The translations under genes and the position numbers were made by a program. From Bacteroidia bacterium (GTDB lineage Bacteria; Bacteroidota; Bacteroidia; B-17B0; Aurantibacillaceae), in contig JAEUTP010000017.1 of the NCBI GenBank assembly GCA_016787705.1, forward strand, positions 7,511 through 71,510: a DNA stretch of 64,000 nucleotides, given 5' to 3'. The notes under the pieces are model-generated. The model ran no database searches, was not told the origin of the DNA, and saw only the letters and a list, made by a program, of their open reading frames with translations. Positions 19,790 through 28,770 of this stretch are shown here, in pieces. Position 1 is the first letter of the stretch. Each line of letters starts with the position of its first letter.

Positions 19790-20538
19790 TGAATACAAAA
19801 AAAATATATTTTGCATCCGATTTTCATTTAGGTGTTCCAACATTAGAAAGGAGTTTAGAGCGTGAGAAAGCGGTTTGCAGATGGTTAGATTCAATTAAAG
19901 CAGATGCGGAAGAAGTTTATCTTGTGGGCGATCTTTTTGATTTTTGGTTTGAGCATGAGTACACAGTTCCAAAAGGTTTTACCCGGCTGTTTGGCAAAAT
20001 AGCAGAGTTTACCGACGCCGGTATTAAAGTGCATTTTTTTACAGGCAATCATGATCTTTGGATGCAGGATTATTTTATCAAAGAACTAAATGTAACTATT
20101 CATTTTCAGCCAATAACAAAAACGTATAATAACAAAACATTTTATATTGGGCATGGTGATGGCCTGGGGCCGGGTGATAAAGGTTATAAATTATTGAAGC
20201 TTTTATTTACCAGTAAAGCTTGCCACTGGCTATATTCACGCTTACATCCCAATTTTTCGTTTTGGTTTGCTCGTTTTACAAGTCGTAGAAGCAGAATAAC
20301 AACTGGAAATTCTGATGAGAAATTTTTAGGAAATGAGAACGAATGGTTGTTCTTGTATAGCCGTGAATATTTAAAACAGCACAAAGTAGATTATTTTATT
20401 TTTGGTCACCGGCATTTGCCATTAGATCTGGATGTAGATGGGAAAGCCCGTTATATAAATCTTGGCGAATGGATCAATTACAGAACTTACGCGGTGTTTG
20501 ATGGAACGGAGCTTAAGCTCTTAAAATTCGAAAAATAA
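19789..20538 (+). CDS. lpxH: UDP-2,3-diacylglucosamine diphosphatase (LpxH-type metallophosphoesterase)
   Basis: YFASDFHLG, YLVGDLFDFWFE, GNHDLWM and GHGD metallophosphoesterase blocks in LpxH order. GTG start overlaps the upstream TAG by 1 nt. Confidence 0.75.
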   Translation: MNTKKIYFASDFHLGVPTLERSLEREKAVCRWLDSIKADAEEVYLVGDLFDFWFEHEYTVPKGFTRLFGKIAEFTDAGIKVHFFTGNHDLWMQDYFIKELNVTIHFQPITKTYNNKTFYIGHGDGLGPGDKGYKLLKLLFTSKACHWLYSRLHPNFSFWFARFTSRRSRITTGNSDEKFLGNENEWLFLYSREYLKQHKVDYFIFGHRHLPLDLDVDGKARYINLGEWINYRTYAVFDGTELKLLKFEK

Positions 20539-20671
20539 CCGTATTTAACGCCCTACCTTCTTTAATAATCATCTGCTGGGGTAAAATATCGACCAAAACC
20601 CCCTAATTTATTGATGAATTTATTTGCAAATTCAAAAATTTTGTAGTTATTTGTTACATAACATTATTTTT

Positions 20672-21736
20672 ATGATTAGTACAGCGAATATTCGCATAGA
20701 TAAAATTGCGAAAAGTAGAGTTACAGAATACGATGTAAACAACGTACCCTTTGGTAAATGTTTTAGTGACCATATGTTTGTTGCAGAGTATGCTGATGGA
20801 AAATGGCAAAGCTCAAGCATTGTGCCTTATGGCGATATTCCAATGAGTTATGCAATGAGCGCATTGCATTATGGTCAGGCAATTTTTGAAGGTATGAAAG
20901 CTTACAAAAATGATAAAGGAGAGGTTTCTTTATTTCGTCCTTTAGAAAACTTTAAACGTTTAAACAAAAGTGCAGTTCGTATGTGTATGCCTGAAGTTCC
21001 TGAAGAGATCTTTATGAATGGTTTACTTGAATTGTTAAGATTAGATTCGGCCTGGGTACCAACCGGTGAAACAGGAAGCTTATACATTCGCCCTTTTTTA
21101 ATCGCTACTGATGAAGCTATTGGTGTTAAAGCAAGTGAGACTTATAAGTTTATTATCATTACTTGTCCTGCCGGAAAATATTACAGTGAACCAATTAAAG
21201 TAATTGTAGAAACAGATTATTTCCGCTCGGTACATGGTGGTGTTGGCTTTGTAAAAGCAGCCGGTAACTATGGCAGAAGCTTATATCCAACTAAATTAGC
21301 ACAGGCAAAAGGTTACCAACAGGTTATCTGGACTGATAGTGCAACACACCATTATGTTGAAGAAAGCGGAACAATGAATTTAATGTTTGTGATAGGTGAT
21401 ACATTATTAACACCCGCATTAAGCGACACTATTTTAGCAGGGATTACACGCGATAGCGTTTTAGCTTTGGCAAGAGAGTGGGGAATGAAAGTAGAAGAAC
21501 GAAAAGTAAGCTTAAAAGAAGTTGCGGAAGCATATGAAAAAGGTGAGTTAAAAGAAGCTTTTGGTTGCGGAACTGCAGCTACCATTGCACAAATTGTAGG
21601 TATTGGCTTTGAAGGGAAAGATTTTGTTTTACCTCCGGTGGAACAAAGAAAGTTCTCAACTAAAGTAGATGAAACATTACGTTTAATTCGCAAAGGAAAA
21701 GCCGATGATAAATTAAACTGGATGATGAAAATATAA
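20672..21736 (+). CDS. ilvE: Branched-chain amino acid aminotransferase
   Basis: HYGQAIFEGMKAY, LYIRPF, GNYG, EESGTMNLMFV and GITRDS blocks of fold-type IV BCAT. ATG 20672 preferred. Confidence 0.9.
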   Translation: MISTANIRIDKIAKSRVTEYDVNNVPFGKCFSDHMFVAEYADGKWQSSSIVPYGDIPMSYAMSALHYGQAIFEGMKAYKNDKGEVSLFRPLENFKRLNKSAVRMCMPEVPEEIFMNGLLELLRLDSAWVPTGETGSLYIRPFLIATDEAIGVKASETYKFIIITCPAGKYYSEPIKVIVETDYFRSVHGGVGFVKAAGNYGRSLYPTKLAQAKGYQQVIWTDSATHHYVEESGTMNLMFVIGDTLLTPALSDTILAGITRDSVLALAREWGMKVEERKVSLKEVAEAYEKGELKEAFGCGTAATIAQIVGIGFEGKDFVLPPVEQRKFSTKVDETLRLIRKGKADDKLNWMMKI

Positions 21737-21760
21737 AACTAAAATTTTATTAATTTTGAA

Positions 21761-21796
21761 AAGCTGAGCTATTAAAACTCAGCTTTTATTTTTTAG
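21761..21796 (+). terminator. Rho-independent terminator after ilvE
   Basis: aagctgag (21761..21768) / ctcagctt (21778..21785) stem with a 9-nt loop, followed by ttattttttt. Confidence 0.7.
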
Positions 21797-21801
21797 AATA
21801 A

Positions 21802-23706
21802 ATGCTAATTAAATTTATAAAAGAACATACTGTTTTTGTTGTTATTTTAACAGCATGTCTTGTTCTTAGGCTAATACCCTTATTTGATTACCAGTTTACT
21901 TTAGATGAGTTGAGCGGGCTCGACAGAACCCGTTTTGATTCTTTTGGAGATTTGATGGATAAAGGTATTAAGATAGATGCGCATCCGGCATTTGTACAAG
22001 TATTGATCTGGTATCTAACTAAATTTTTCGGGTATACAAATTGGGTCATTAAATTACCATTCCTGTTGTTTAGTTTTAGTGCGGTAATTTATGCTTACTT
22101 TTTTTGCCTGAAAAATTTTTCGAAACAGGTTGGTATTATTTGTTCGTTGATCTTTAGTTTTTCGTTAGTATTTGTTTTTTATGCGCCTATTGCACGAATG
22201 TACATTTCCGGCATTTTTTTTAGTATTGCTTTGTTATATTATTTTTTTAATATCTTTTTTTTAAATGAAACAAAAACGAGTAATTATTTTTTCCTGGCTT
22301 TGTTTGCATTATTATCGGCGCTCAATCAACACATCAATGCGCTTTTTGCATTTACCGTTTGCGCTTCGGGCTTATTCTTTTTAAATAAAAATAATTTTAA
22401 ACCTTATTCAACCACGCTATTAATAACAGTAATAGCTTATCTGCCACATTTTCCTGTAACACTTTATCAACTTGGCATTGGCGGCATAGGCATAGGTAGC
22501 GGTGGTTGGTTACCAAAACCGGAGTTTACTGCTGTGTTTGGTTTTTTAAAGATTCTTTTAGGAACAGGAAAAAGCTGGTGGGTATTTACAGTATTAATAA
22601 TTGCAGGTATCATTTTAAATAAAAAATTCTACTTTAATAAAAAACAACTTTTTCTGCTAATTATTTTTATTGTTAATTATTTGGTTGTTTATTTTTATTC
22701 TATTTTAAATGCACCTGTTTTTCAAAACTCGGTGATGCTCTTTGCTGGAGTGACCATTGTTTTTCTCGTAAGTTCTTTACTTGATTTTAAAAATAAAATG
22801 GTTTTTAATATTAGCGCAGGATTAATTTTAATTTTGCTGATCTTCAAATCCTATTATAAAAAAGATTATTTCCACCAATGTGTAAAGACCGTTTTTGAAT
22901 ACCAGTACGAAAGAACCTTTGAACACAAAAAAATGTTGGGCGCAGAAAATGTCTATCCCATATTTTTTGATTCGGATGAGGTAATGGAAGGAATCTATTT
23001 TAAGAAGTATAATAATAGATTTGAGTACAAAGGTTCGCACGATTCGGTAACTATTTCGGTAAGACACTTTTCAGAATTTGTTGCCTCGCTTAAAACAGAT
23101 TATTTGGTTTTAACTTCAGCTTATCCTTTGTATCATTCTGTAGCGGCAGAGTATTATCCATATTTAATTGAGAATGTACAAACACAGGCTATTAATTACA
23201 AACTTTATTCTAAAAGATCACAGGATAAAAGTAAAGTTGTAGAAGGGGAAAACGAGATATATTTTGCTAATTATGAAGAAAAAAAAGATTTGGAGTTTAA
23301 AAACGGATTACCTTTTGTGGTTGATTCACTTAACGAATATCCTTTCGGCGCTGATGTAGCGTTAAATAAAATATCTTCAAAAGAAGGACAGGTGATAAGC
23401 TTAAAAGCTGTACTTAAGTTGAATAAAAAAATAAACGATATTCGCGCCTGTATATCCATTAACAGTTCTGATAAGACAGTGCCCGCTATTTTTGATGCAA
23501 AATCTACCGGTGAATTTGTAATAAAGCCCGATTCAACAATTACTGTATATGCAAGTAGCTTTTGCGGCACTTCCTACAAAAAAATGAAACACAATTCAAA
23601 ATGTGGATTTTTTATCTGGAACGCGGCTAAAGAAAAATTTGTTATTACTGATTTTGAAGTTAAAACCATTGATTTCTGGTTGCAGAAATGGAATTTTTGG
23701 GAATAA
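21802..23706 (+). CDS. Polytopic membrane protein, GT-C-like (ArnT/PMT-type glycosyltransferase candidate) with large C-terminal soluble domain
   Basis: 634 aa. About 11 hydrophobic helices in the first ~370 aa. First-loop acidic motif FTLDELSGLD resembles the DE/DxD loop of GT39/GT83-type enzymes. The call rests on topology and this motif only. Confidence 0.5.
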   Translation: MLIKFIKEHTVFVVILTACLVLRLIPLFDYQFTLDELSGLDRTRFDSFGDLMDKGIKIDAHPAFVQVLIWYLTKFFGYTNWVIKLPFLLFSFSAVIYAYFFCLKNFSKQVGIICSLIFSFSLVFVFYAPIARMYISGIFFSIALLYYFFNIFFLNETKTSNYFFLALFALLSALNQHINALFAFTVCASGLFFLNKNNFKPYSTTLLITVIAYLPHFPVTLYQLGIGGIGIGSGGWLPKPEFTAVFGFLKILLGTGKSWWVFTVLIIAGIILNKKFYFNKKQLFLLIIFIVNYLVVYFYSILNAPVFQNSVMLFAGVTIVFLVSSLLDFKNKMVFNISAGLILILLIFKSYYKKDYFHQCVKTVFEYQYERTFEHKKMLGAENVYPIFFDSDEVMEGIYFKKYNNRFEYKGSHDSVTISVRHFSEFVASLKTDYLVLTSAYPLYHSVAAEYYPYLIENVQTQAINYKLYSKRSQDKSKVVEGENEIYFANYEEKKDLEFKNGLPFVVDSLNEYPFGADVALNKISSKEGQVISLKAVLKLNKKINDIRACISINSSDKTVPAIFDAKSTGEFVIKPDSTITVYASSFCGTSYKKMKHNSKCGFFIWNAAKEKFVITDFEVKTIDFWLQKWNFWE

Positions 23707-23724
23707 AAATTCTAAATTTACGCA

Positions 23725-24594
23725 ATGCGTTCTGAGAAAAAAGCTATAAAAGCAACGTACTTTAGTATTGTGGGTAATTCTTTACTTGCATTGTTAAAAG
23801 GCATTACCGGTTATTTTGGTAATTCATATGCTTTAATTGCCGATGCGATTGAATCTACCTCTGATATTTTTTCCTCTTTATTTGTTTTATTCGGACTTAA
23901 ATATGCTAATCGTCCAGCAGATAAAAATCATCCTTACGGCCATGGCAGAGCAGAACCATTGATCACTTTTTTGGTTGTAGGATTTTTGGTTGCTTCTGCT
24001 GTAATTATTGCTTACGAAAGCATTTTAAATATCAAAACACCTCATGAATTACCAAAACCTTACACTTTAATTGTACTTGGTGTAATTATTACAATTAAAG
24101 AAATATTTTACCGCATTGTAAAAAAGAAAGGGGAAGAAACAAACAGCTCCTCCTTAAAGGCAGATGCCTGGCATCATCGCAGTGATGCAATTACTTCGGT
24201 TACAGCTTTTATAGGAATTTCGATTGCCTTGTTTTTTGGAAAAGGTTACGAAACCGCTGATGATTGGGCTGCACTTATTGCGGCGGTTGTTATTTTGTAT
24301 AATAGTTATTTGATCTTCAGACCTGCGCTTGGTGAGATAATGGATGAACATGTATATGAAGATATTGTTGAGGAGATCAGGAAAGAAGCAAGAGATGTAA
24401 AAGGTGTTATTGATACAGAGAAATGTTATATAAGAAAAAGCGGAATGAAATATCATGTAGATCTTCATGTAATTGTAAATGCAAAAATTACAGTTAGCGA
24501 AGGTCATCGCATTGCGCATGATCTGAAAGATCATTTAAAAGATAAAATGCCCCAGCTAGCGGATATTTTAATTCATGTGGAACCGGATGAGTAA
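23725..24594 (+). CDS. Cation diffusion facilitator (CDF) family metal efflux transporter
   Basis: Six TM helices, ADAIESTSD and HHRSDA metal-site motifs, C-terminal cytoplasmic domain ending HVEP. Confidence 0.85.
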   Translation: MRSEKKAIKATYFSIVGNSLLALLKGITGYFGNSYALIADAIESTSDIFSSLFVLFGLKYANRPADKNHPYGHGRAEPLITFLVVGFLVASAVIIAYESILNIKTPHELPKPYTLIVLGVIITIKEIFYRIVKKKGEETNSSSLKADAWHHRSDAITSVTAFIGISIALFFGKGYETADDWAALIAAVVILYNSYLIFRPALGEIMDEHVYEDIVEEIRKEARDVKGVIDTEKCYIRKSGMKYHVDLHVIVNAKITVSEGHRIAHDLKDHLKDKMPQLADILIHVEPDE

Positions 24595-24602
24595 TAATGA
24601 AT

Positions 24603-24657
24603 GTCATGTCGAGCGGAGTCGAGACACGTCACGCTTCTCGACTTCGCTCGAAGTGAC
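24603..24657. repeat. 55-bp imperfect palindromic intergenic element (GTCAT type)
   Basis: Left arm gtcatgtcgagcggagtcgagac (24603..24625). Reverse complement of the right arm (24634..24657) is gtcacttcgagcgaagtcgagaag. About 20 of 24 positions pair. Lies between convergent CDF and GNAT genes. Confidence 0.75.
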
Positions 24658-24673
24658 AAGTGTTTTTAAAAAT

Positions 24674-25105
24674 CTATAGTTCTTTCTCCATCAAATAATG
24701 TTGAATAATTCCCCAAAGCAGGAACGATTTTTCTTTTATACTGTAACCATTGCTTTTGTAAAATTCAACGGCATTTTCTCTTGCCTGTAATTCTATTTTT
24801 TTAAGTCCTATTTCTTTTCCTTTCACTTCAAGAAATTCTACGATTTTTTTTCCTAAACCTTTACCTTGTTGCGAAGCATCCACAGCCATAAAACGTATCT
24901 GGCCAATTTTGTTGTCATTTTCCTGCAAACGGCCACAGGCTAAAACAAGCCCACTCTCATCTGCAATAAAAGCGTTAATGCTCCTATCTTCTAAATTATC
25001 TGTGCCCGTATCTCTTGGCTGATCCCAAGGCTGGCGTAAGATCTTATAACGAAGGTCAATAATAGCTTCAACTTCTTGTTTTGTGTTTGCTTGTTTCACT
25101 TCCAT
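24674..25105 (-). CDS. GNAT family N-acetyltransferase
   Basis: 143 aa. Acetyl-CoA motif QQGKGLGKKIV (Q/RxxGxG/A) and the expected beta-alpha pattern. Confidence 0.75.
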   Translation of the reverse strand: MEVKQANTKQEVEAIIDLRYKILRQPWDQPRDTGTDNLEDRSINAFIADESGLVLACGRLQENDNKIGQIRFMAVDASQQGKGLGKKIVEFLEVKGKEIGLKKIELQARENAVEFYKSNGYSIKEKSFLLWGIIQHYLMEKEL

Positions 25106-26178
25106 CAGCTTAAAAATTTAAAAGCAATGCCTGATACGTTTTTTAATTCGTTTTTTTGAAAGGTGAATTTATTGATCATGGCTTTTGCTTCGGGTAATTC
25201 AAACACTTCTTTCAGATCTCTTATTTTTCCAATTGGAATTTCGCGTTCGATACACAATGTATAAAGGTCTTTAAAATTGTATTGTTTTATATAATTGTAA
25301 ATTAAATGATACAATTGAATTCTGTTTTGAACCCTTAATTGATTGGTAGCGTATTTTGGATCAGTAGCTAAAGATGGATATTGCATCAATTCACATAAAT
25401 TCCTGAATTGCGAATTACTGCCAATAGCAAATGTAATAAGTTGTCCATCCTTTGTGTCAAACAATTCGCCGTAAGGCGCAATGTTAGGGTGAAGGCTACC
25501 CGCCGCTTTTGGCATTTGTTTTGCAATAAGCCAGTTGGTTGCCTGGTTGGCTAAAGAAGCAATAGCACTGTCAAATAAAGAAACTGATACATGACAACCT
25601 CTTTTCGTTTTATAACGATTTAATAAGGCAATTAAAATAGCTTCTTTTAATTGATGTCCCGCTAAAATATCAATCAAAGCAACCGGCATTTTTACCGGTT
25701 TAGAGTTTGGTTCACCATTCATGAACATAAAACCACTTTCGGCTTGTAGTATTAGATCGTAAGCAGTGCGCGGACTATCATGCCCAAATCCATTTATTGA
25801 AGCATAAATTAATTTAGGATTTAATTTGGAGAGAGTAGAGCGGTCAACTTTTAATTTTACATCATCGCCTGATTTGTAATTGGTGATCACAATATCCGCG
25901 TCTTTTATTTGTGCATATAATTTTTGTAACTGCGAAGGAACTGTAATGTCTAAAAATAAAAATTCTTTACCCGAATTTACGCTCCAAAAATAAGCACTCG
26001 TATCTTCTTTCGGATTTTCTGTTTTTAATTTCCAGCTGCGGGTAACATCGCCTTTTGTTTTTGGATTTTCAACCTTAATAACTTTAGCACCCAGTTCTGC
26101 AAAAAAAGCACTAACGCTCGGCCCGGCTAAAACACCTGCCAGCTCAATAATTTTAAGATCTTTAAATGTGTCTTTCAC
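25105..26178 (-). CDS. Class III CoA-transferase (CaiB/BaiF family)
   Basis: LKIIELAGVLAGPSVSAFFAELGAKVIKVE N-terminal signature of family III CoA-transferases. 357 aa. Confidence 0.85.
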   Translation of the reverse strand: MKDTFKDLKIIELAGVLAGPSVSAFFAELGAKVIKVENPKTKGDVTRSWKLKTENPKEDTSAYFWSVNSGKEFLFLDITVPSQLQKLYAQIKDADIVITNYKSGDDVKLKVDRSTLSKLNPKLIYASINGFGHDSPRTAYDLILQAESGFMFMNGEPNSKPVKMPVALIDILAGHQLKEAILIALLNRYKTKRGCHVSVSLFDSAIASLANQATNWLIAKQMPKAAGSLHPNIAPYGELFDTKDGQLITFAIGSNSQFRNLCELMQYPSLATDPKYATNQLRVQNRIQLYHLIYNYIKQYNFKDLYTLCIEREIPIGKIRDLKEVFELPEAKAMINKFTFQKNELKNVSGIAFKFLS

Positions 26179-26192
26179 TGTGAACTTTTTAT

Positions 26193-26259
26193 GCCGCAGA
26201 TTTCACTGATTTGCGCAGATTATTTTTATTAATTCTGTGTGATCTGCGAAATCTGTCGC
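26193..26259. repeat. 67-bp intergenic element built from CGCAGAT motifs (2 direct + 2 inverted)
   Basis: cgcagat at 26195..26201 and 26214..26220. Inverted atctgcg at 26242..26248 and atctgtcg at 26251..26258. Lies between the pheT stop and the CoA-transferase start. Confidence 0.7.
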
Positions 26260-26265
26260 TAATTT

Positions 26266-28689
26266 TTAACGGAGTTCAGCCCCCAATTTCTCTTTGTAAT
26301 TAGAAATTAATTTTTCCATTACACTTTCAATTTGTTTGTCGGTAAGGGTTGCTTCTTTATTTAATAATGTAAAACTTACGGCGTATGATTTTTTATTACC
26401 AAGCTTTTCGCCTTCATAAATATCAAACAGGTTTACTTCTTTCAATAATTTTTTCTCGATATTAAAAGCCAATTCTTCTATCTGTTGGTACTTCACAGCT
26501 TTATCAATTAACAAAGCCAAATCTCTTCTCACAGCAGGAAATTTACTGATCTCTTCAAATTCAATTTTTTGTTTTGAGAAGGCTTTAACTAAAGCTTCCC
26601 AATTAAAGTCAGCATAAAAAACAGGCTGGGCAATATCAAATGCTTTTAATTGTTTTTTGGAAACAGCACCAACTTCAACCAAAGGTTTATTGTTTAAAGT
26701 ATAACTTAAGCCGTAATCAAAATTGTTATAAGTGCTTTCAAAACATTTGTAATTGGTGATGCCTGCTTTTTGCAATAAATTAGTTACAGCCGCTTTTAAA
26801 AAAGACAAGTCTGCCTTTTGGTTTAACTGAAAAGGATTTTCATTAAAAGCATTTCCTGTAACAAACAACGTTAAGTGTTTTTGCTCGGCATATTTTGGCG
26901 CTTCTTTATCAGCAATGGAATAAGTTTTGCCGTATTCAAAAAATTTAAGATCAGCATTTTTACGGTTAATGTTATAAGCAATGGCTTCTAATCCACTAAA
27001 TAGCATATCCGCACGCAATACATTCAAATCATTACTTAATGGATTTACTACTTTTACATTGTTGTTTTCTTCACCGTAATAAGATTCTTTTGTTAACGAT
27101 AAGCTCATGATCTCGTTAAAACCAAAACCTTCCAGCAACGACGCTGTTTTATTTTCTAAAGCAACATCATTATTTTTTGCTTCGTTAAAAGCTGTATAAG
27201 AAATAGCTTTGCTAACTTCCACATTGTTGTAGCCATAAATACGCATTACTTCTTCGATCACATCGGCTTCGCGCGTTACATCGGTTTTAAAACGTGGCAC
27301 ATTCAATAACAAACCATCCGATCCTTCTGAATCAATTTTTATTCCAAGGTTAAGAATGATATTCTTAATAACAGCTCTGTCAATTTCTTTTCCAATTAAA
27401 GCATTACAATTGCTGTAAGAAAAAGCAACTTTATAAGGCTCTAATTTTTCAGGATAGATGTCAACAACTCCCATGCTTAAAGTACCACCAGCCAATTCAA
27501 ATATTAAATTCGCTGCGCGCGTTAAAGCAGTAATGGTCATATCAGGATCTGTACCTCTTTCAAAACGGAACGATGCATCAGTTTTTAATGCATGTTGTTT
27601 TGCAGTTTTACGAACATAGCCTGGATCAAAATAAGCAGATTCTAAAAATATGGCTGTGGTTTTTTCGCTTACACCGCTTTCAATGCCGCCAAACACGCCT
27701 GCAATGCACATAGGTTCCGTTTCATTGCAGATCATTAGATCGTTAGCATTTAACGTGCGTTCAACATCATCCAGTGTTTTAAATTTTTCACCTTGTTTTG
27801 CAGTACGTACAACAATTTTATTTCCTTTTATTTTTTCAAAATCAAATGCGTGTAAAGGCTGGCCTAATTCATGTAATACAAAGTTGGTAATATCTACAAT
27901 GTTATTTATCGGTCGCAGCCCAAGCGCTTTTAATCGGTTCTGTAACCAATCAGGACTATCCTTAACTGTAATACCACTAATAACCAATCCTGAGTAACGC
28001 GGACAAGCTTCTGCATTTTCTACCACAACTTCAACCGTATTTATGTTTGTTGCTTCGGGCAGTTGATTTAAACCGTTAATGTATAATTGATAATTTGAAT
28101 TTTCTTTTGTAGAATTTACAATGGCAACAAGATCACGTGCAACGCCTAAGTGCGAAGCGGCATCACTGCGATTTGGTGTTAGGCCGATTTCTAAAACTGT
28201 ATCGTTTTCTATTTTAAAATAATCAGCAGCAGCTAAGCCAACTTTTGTATCGGCAGGTAAAATTAAAATGCCATCATGGCTGGTGCCTAAACCAAATTCA
28301 TCTTCAGCACAGATCATGCCTTCGCTTAACGCGCCACGGATCTTTGATTTTTTTATTTCAAACGGTTCACCAGTTGTTGGATATAATTTTGTACCGATGG
28401 TTGCAATAATTACTTTTTGACCAGCTGCAACATTTGGCGCACCGCAAACAATGGATAAAGGCTCACCTGTTCCAATATCCACTTTGGTTAATTTTAATTT
28501 ATCGGCATCAGGATGTTTTTCGCATTCTAAAACATGGCCAACAACCAATCCTTTTAAACCGCCTTTTAAGCTTTCAAAAGATTCAATACCTTCCACTTCT
28601 AATCCTGATGATGTTAAGAGGTCTGCCGTTTCTTGTGCAGAATAATCAATATTGACAAGGGTTTTAAGCCAGTTGTAAGAGATCTTCAT
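26266..28689 (-). CDS. pheT: Phenylalanine--tRNA ligase beta subunit
   Basis: 807 aa. MKISYNWLK start, tRNA-binding domain (HPDADKL...VCGAPN), B3/4, B5 and FDX-ACB C-terminal domain pattern. Confidence 0.93.
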   Translation of the reverse strand: MKISYNWLKTLVNIDYSAQETADLLTSSGLEVEGIESFESLKGGLKGLVVGHVLECEKHPDADKLKLTKVDIGTGEPLSIVCGAPNVAAGQKVIIATIGTKLYPTTGEPFEIKKSKIRGALSEGMICAEDEFGLGTSHDGILILPADTKVGLAAADYFKIENDTVLEIGLTPNRSDAASHLGVARDLVAIVNSTKENSNYQLYINGLNQLPEATNINTVEVVVENAEACPRYSGLVISGITVKDSPDWLQNRLKALGLRPINNIVDITNFVLHELGQPLHAFDFEKIKGNKIVVRTAKQGEKFKTLDDVERTLNANDLMICNETEPMCIAGVFGGIESGVSEKTTAIFLESAYFDPGYVRKTAKQHALKTDASFRFERGTDPDMTITALTRAANLIFELAGGTLSMGVVDIYPEKLEPYKVAFSYSNCNALIGKEIDRAVIKNIILNLGIKIDSEGSDGLLLNVPRFKTDVTREADVIEEVMRIYGYNNVEVSKAISYTAFNEAKNNDVALENKTASLLEGFGFNEIMSLSLTKESYYGEENNNVKVVNPLSNDLNVLRADMLFSGLEAIAYNINRKNADLKFFEYGKTYSIADKEAPKYAEQKHLTLFVTGNAFNENPFQLNQKADLSFLKAAVTNLLQKAGITNYKCFESTYNNFDYGLSYTLNNKPLVEVGAVSKKQLKAFDIAQPVFYADFNWEALVKAFSKQKIEFEEISKFPAVRRDLALLIDKAVKYQQIEELAFNIEKKLLKEVNLFDIYEGEKLGNKKSYAVSFTLLNKEATLTDKQIESVMEKLISNYKEKLGAELR

Positions 28690-28770
28690 GTAGTAAAAAT
28701 AAGAGACTAAAGATAAACATTTTTTTGCTCAAAAACCGTAGCTTTTATAAGCGTTTTGTATTATATATTT

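Noticed and set aside
20614-20646. 10-codon upstream ORF (MNLFANSKIL) in the ilvE leader, considered as a branched-chain amino-acid attenuation peptide
   Set aside because: It has only two Leu and one Ile, not in tandem. No alternative terminator/antiterminator hairpins follow. This type of attenuation is not established for Bacteroidota.
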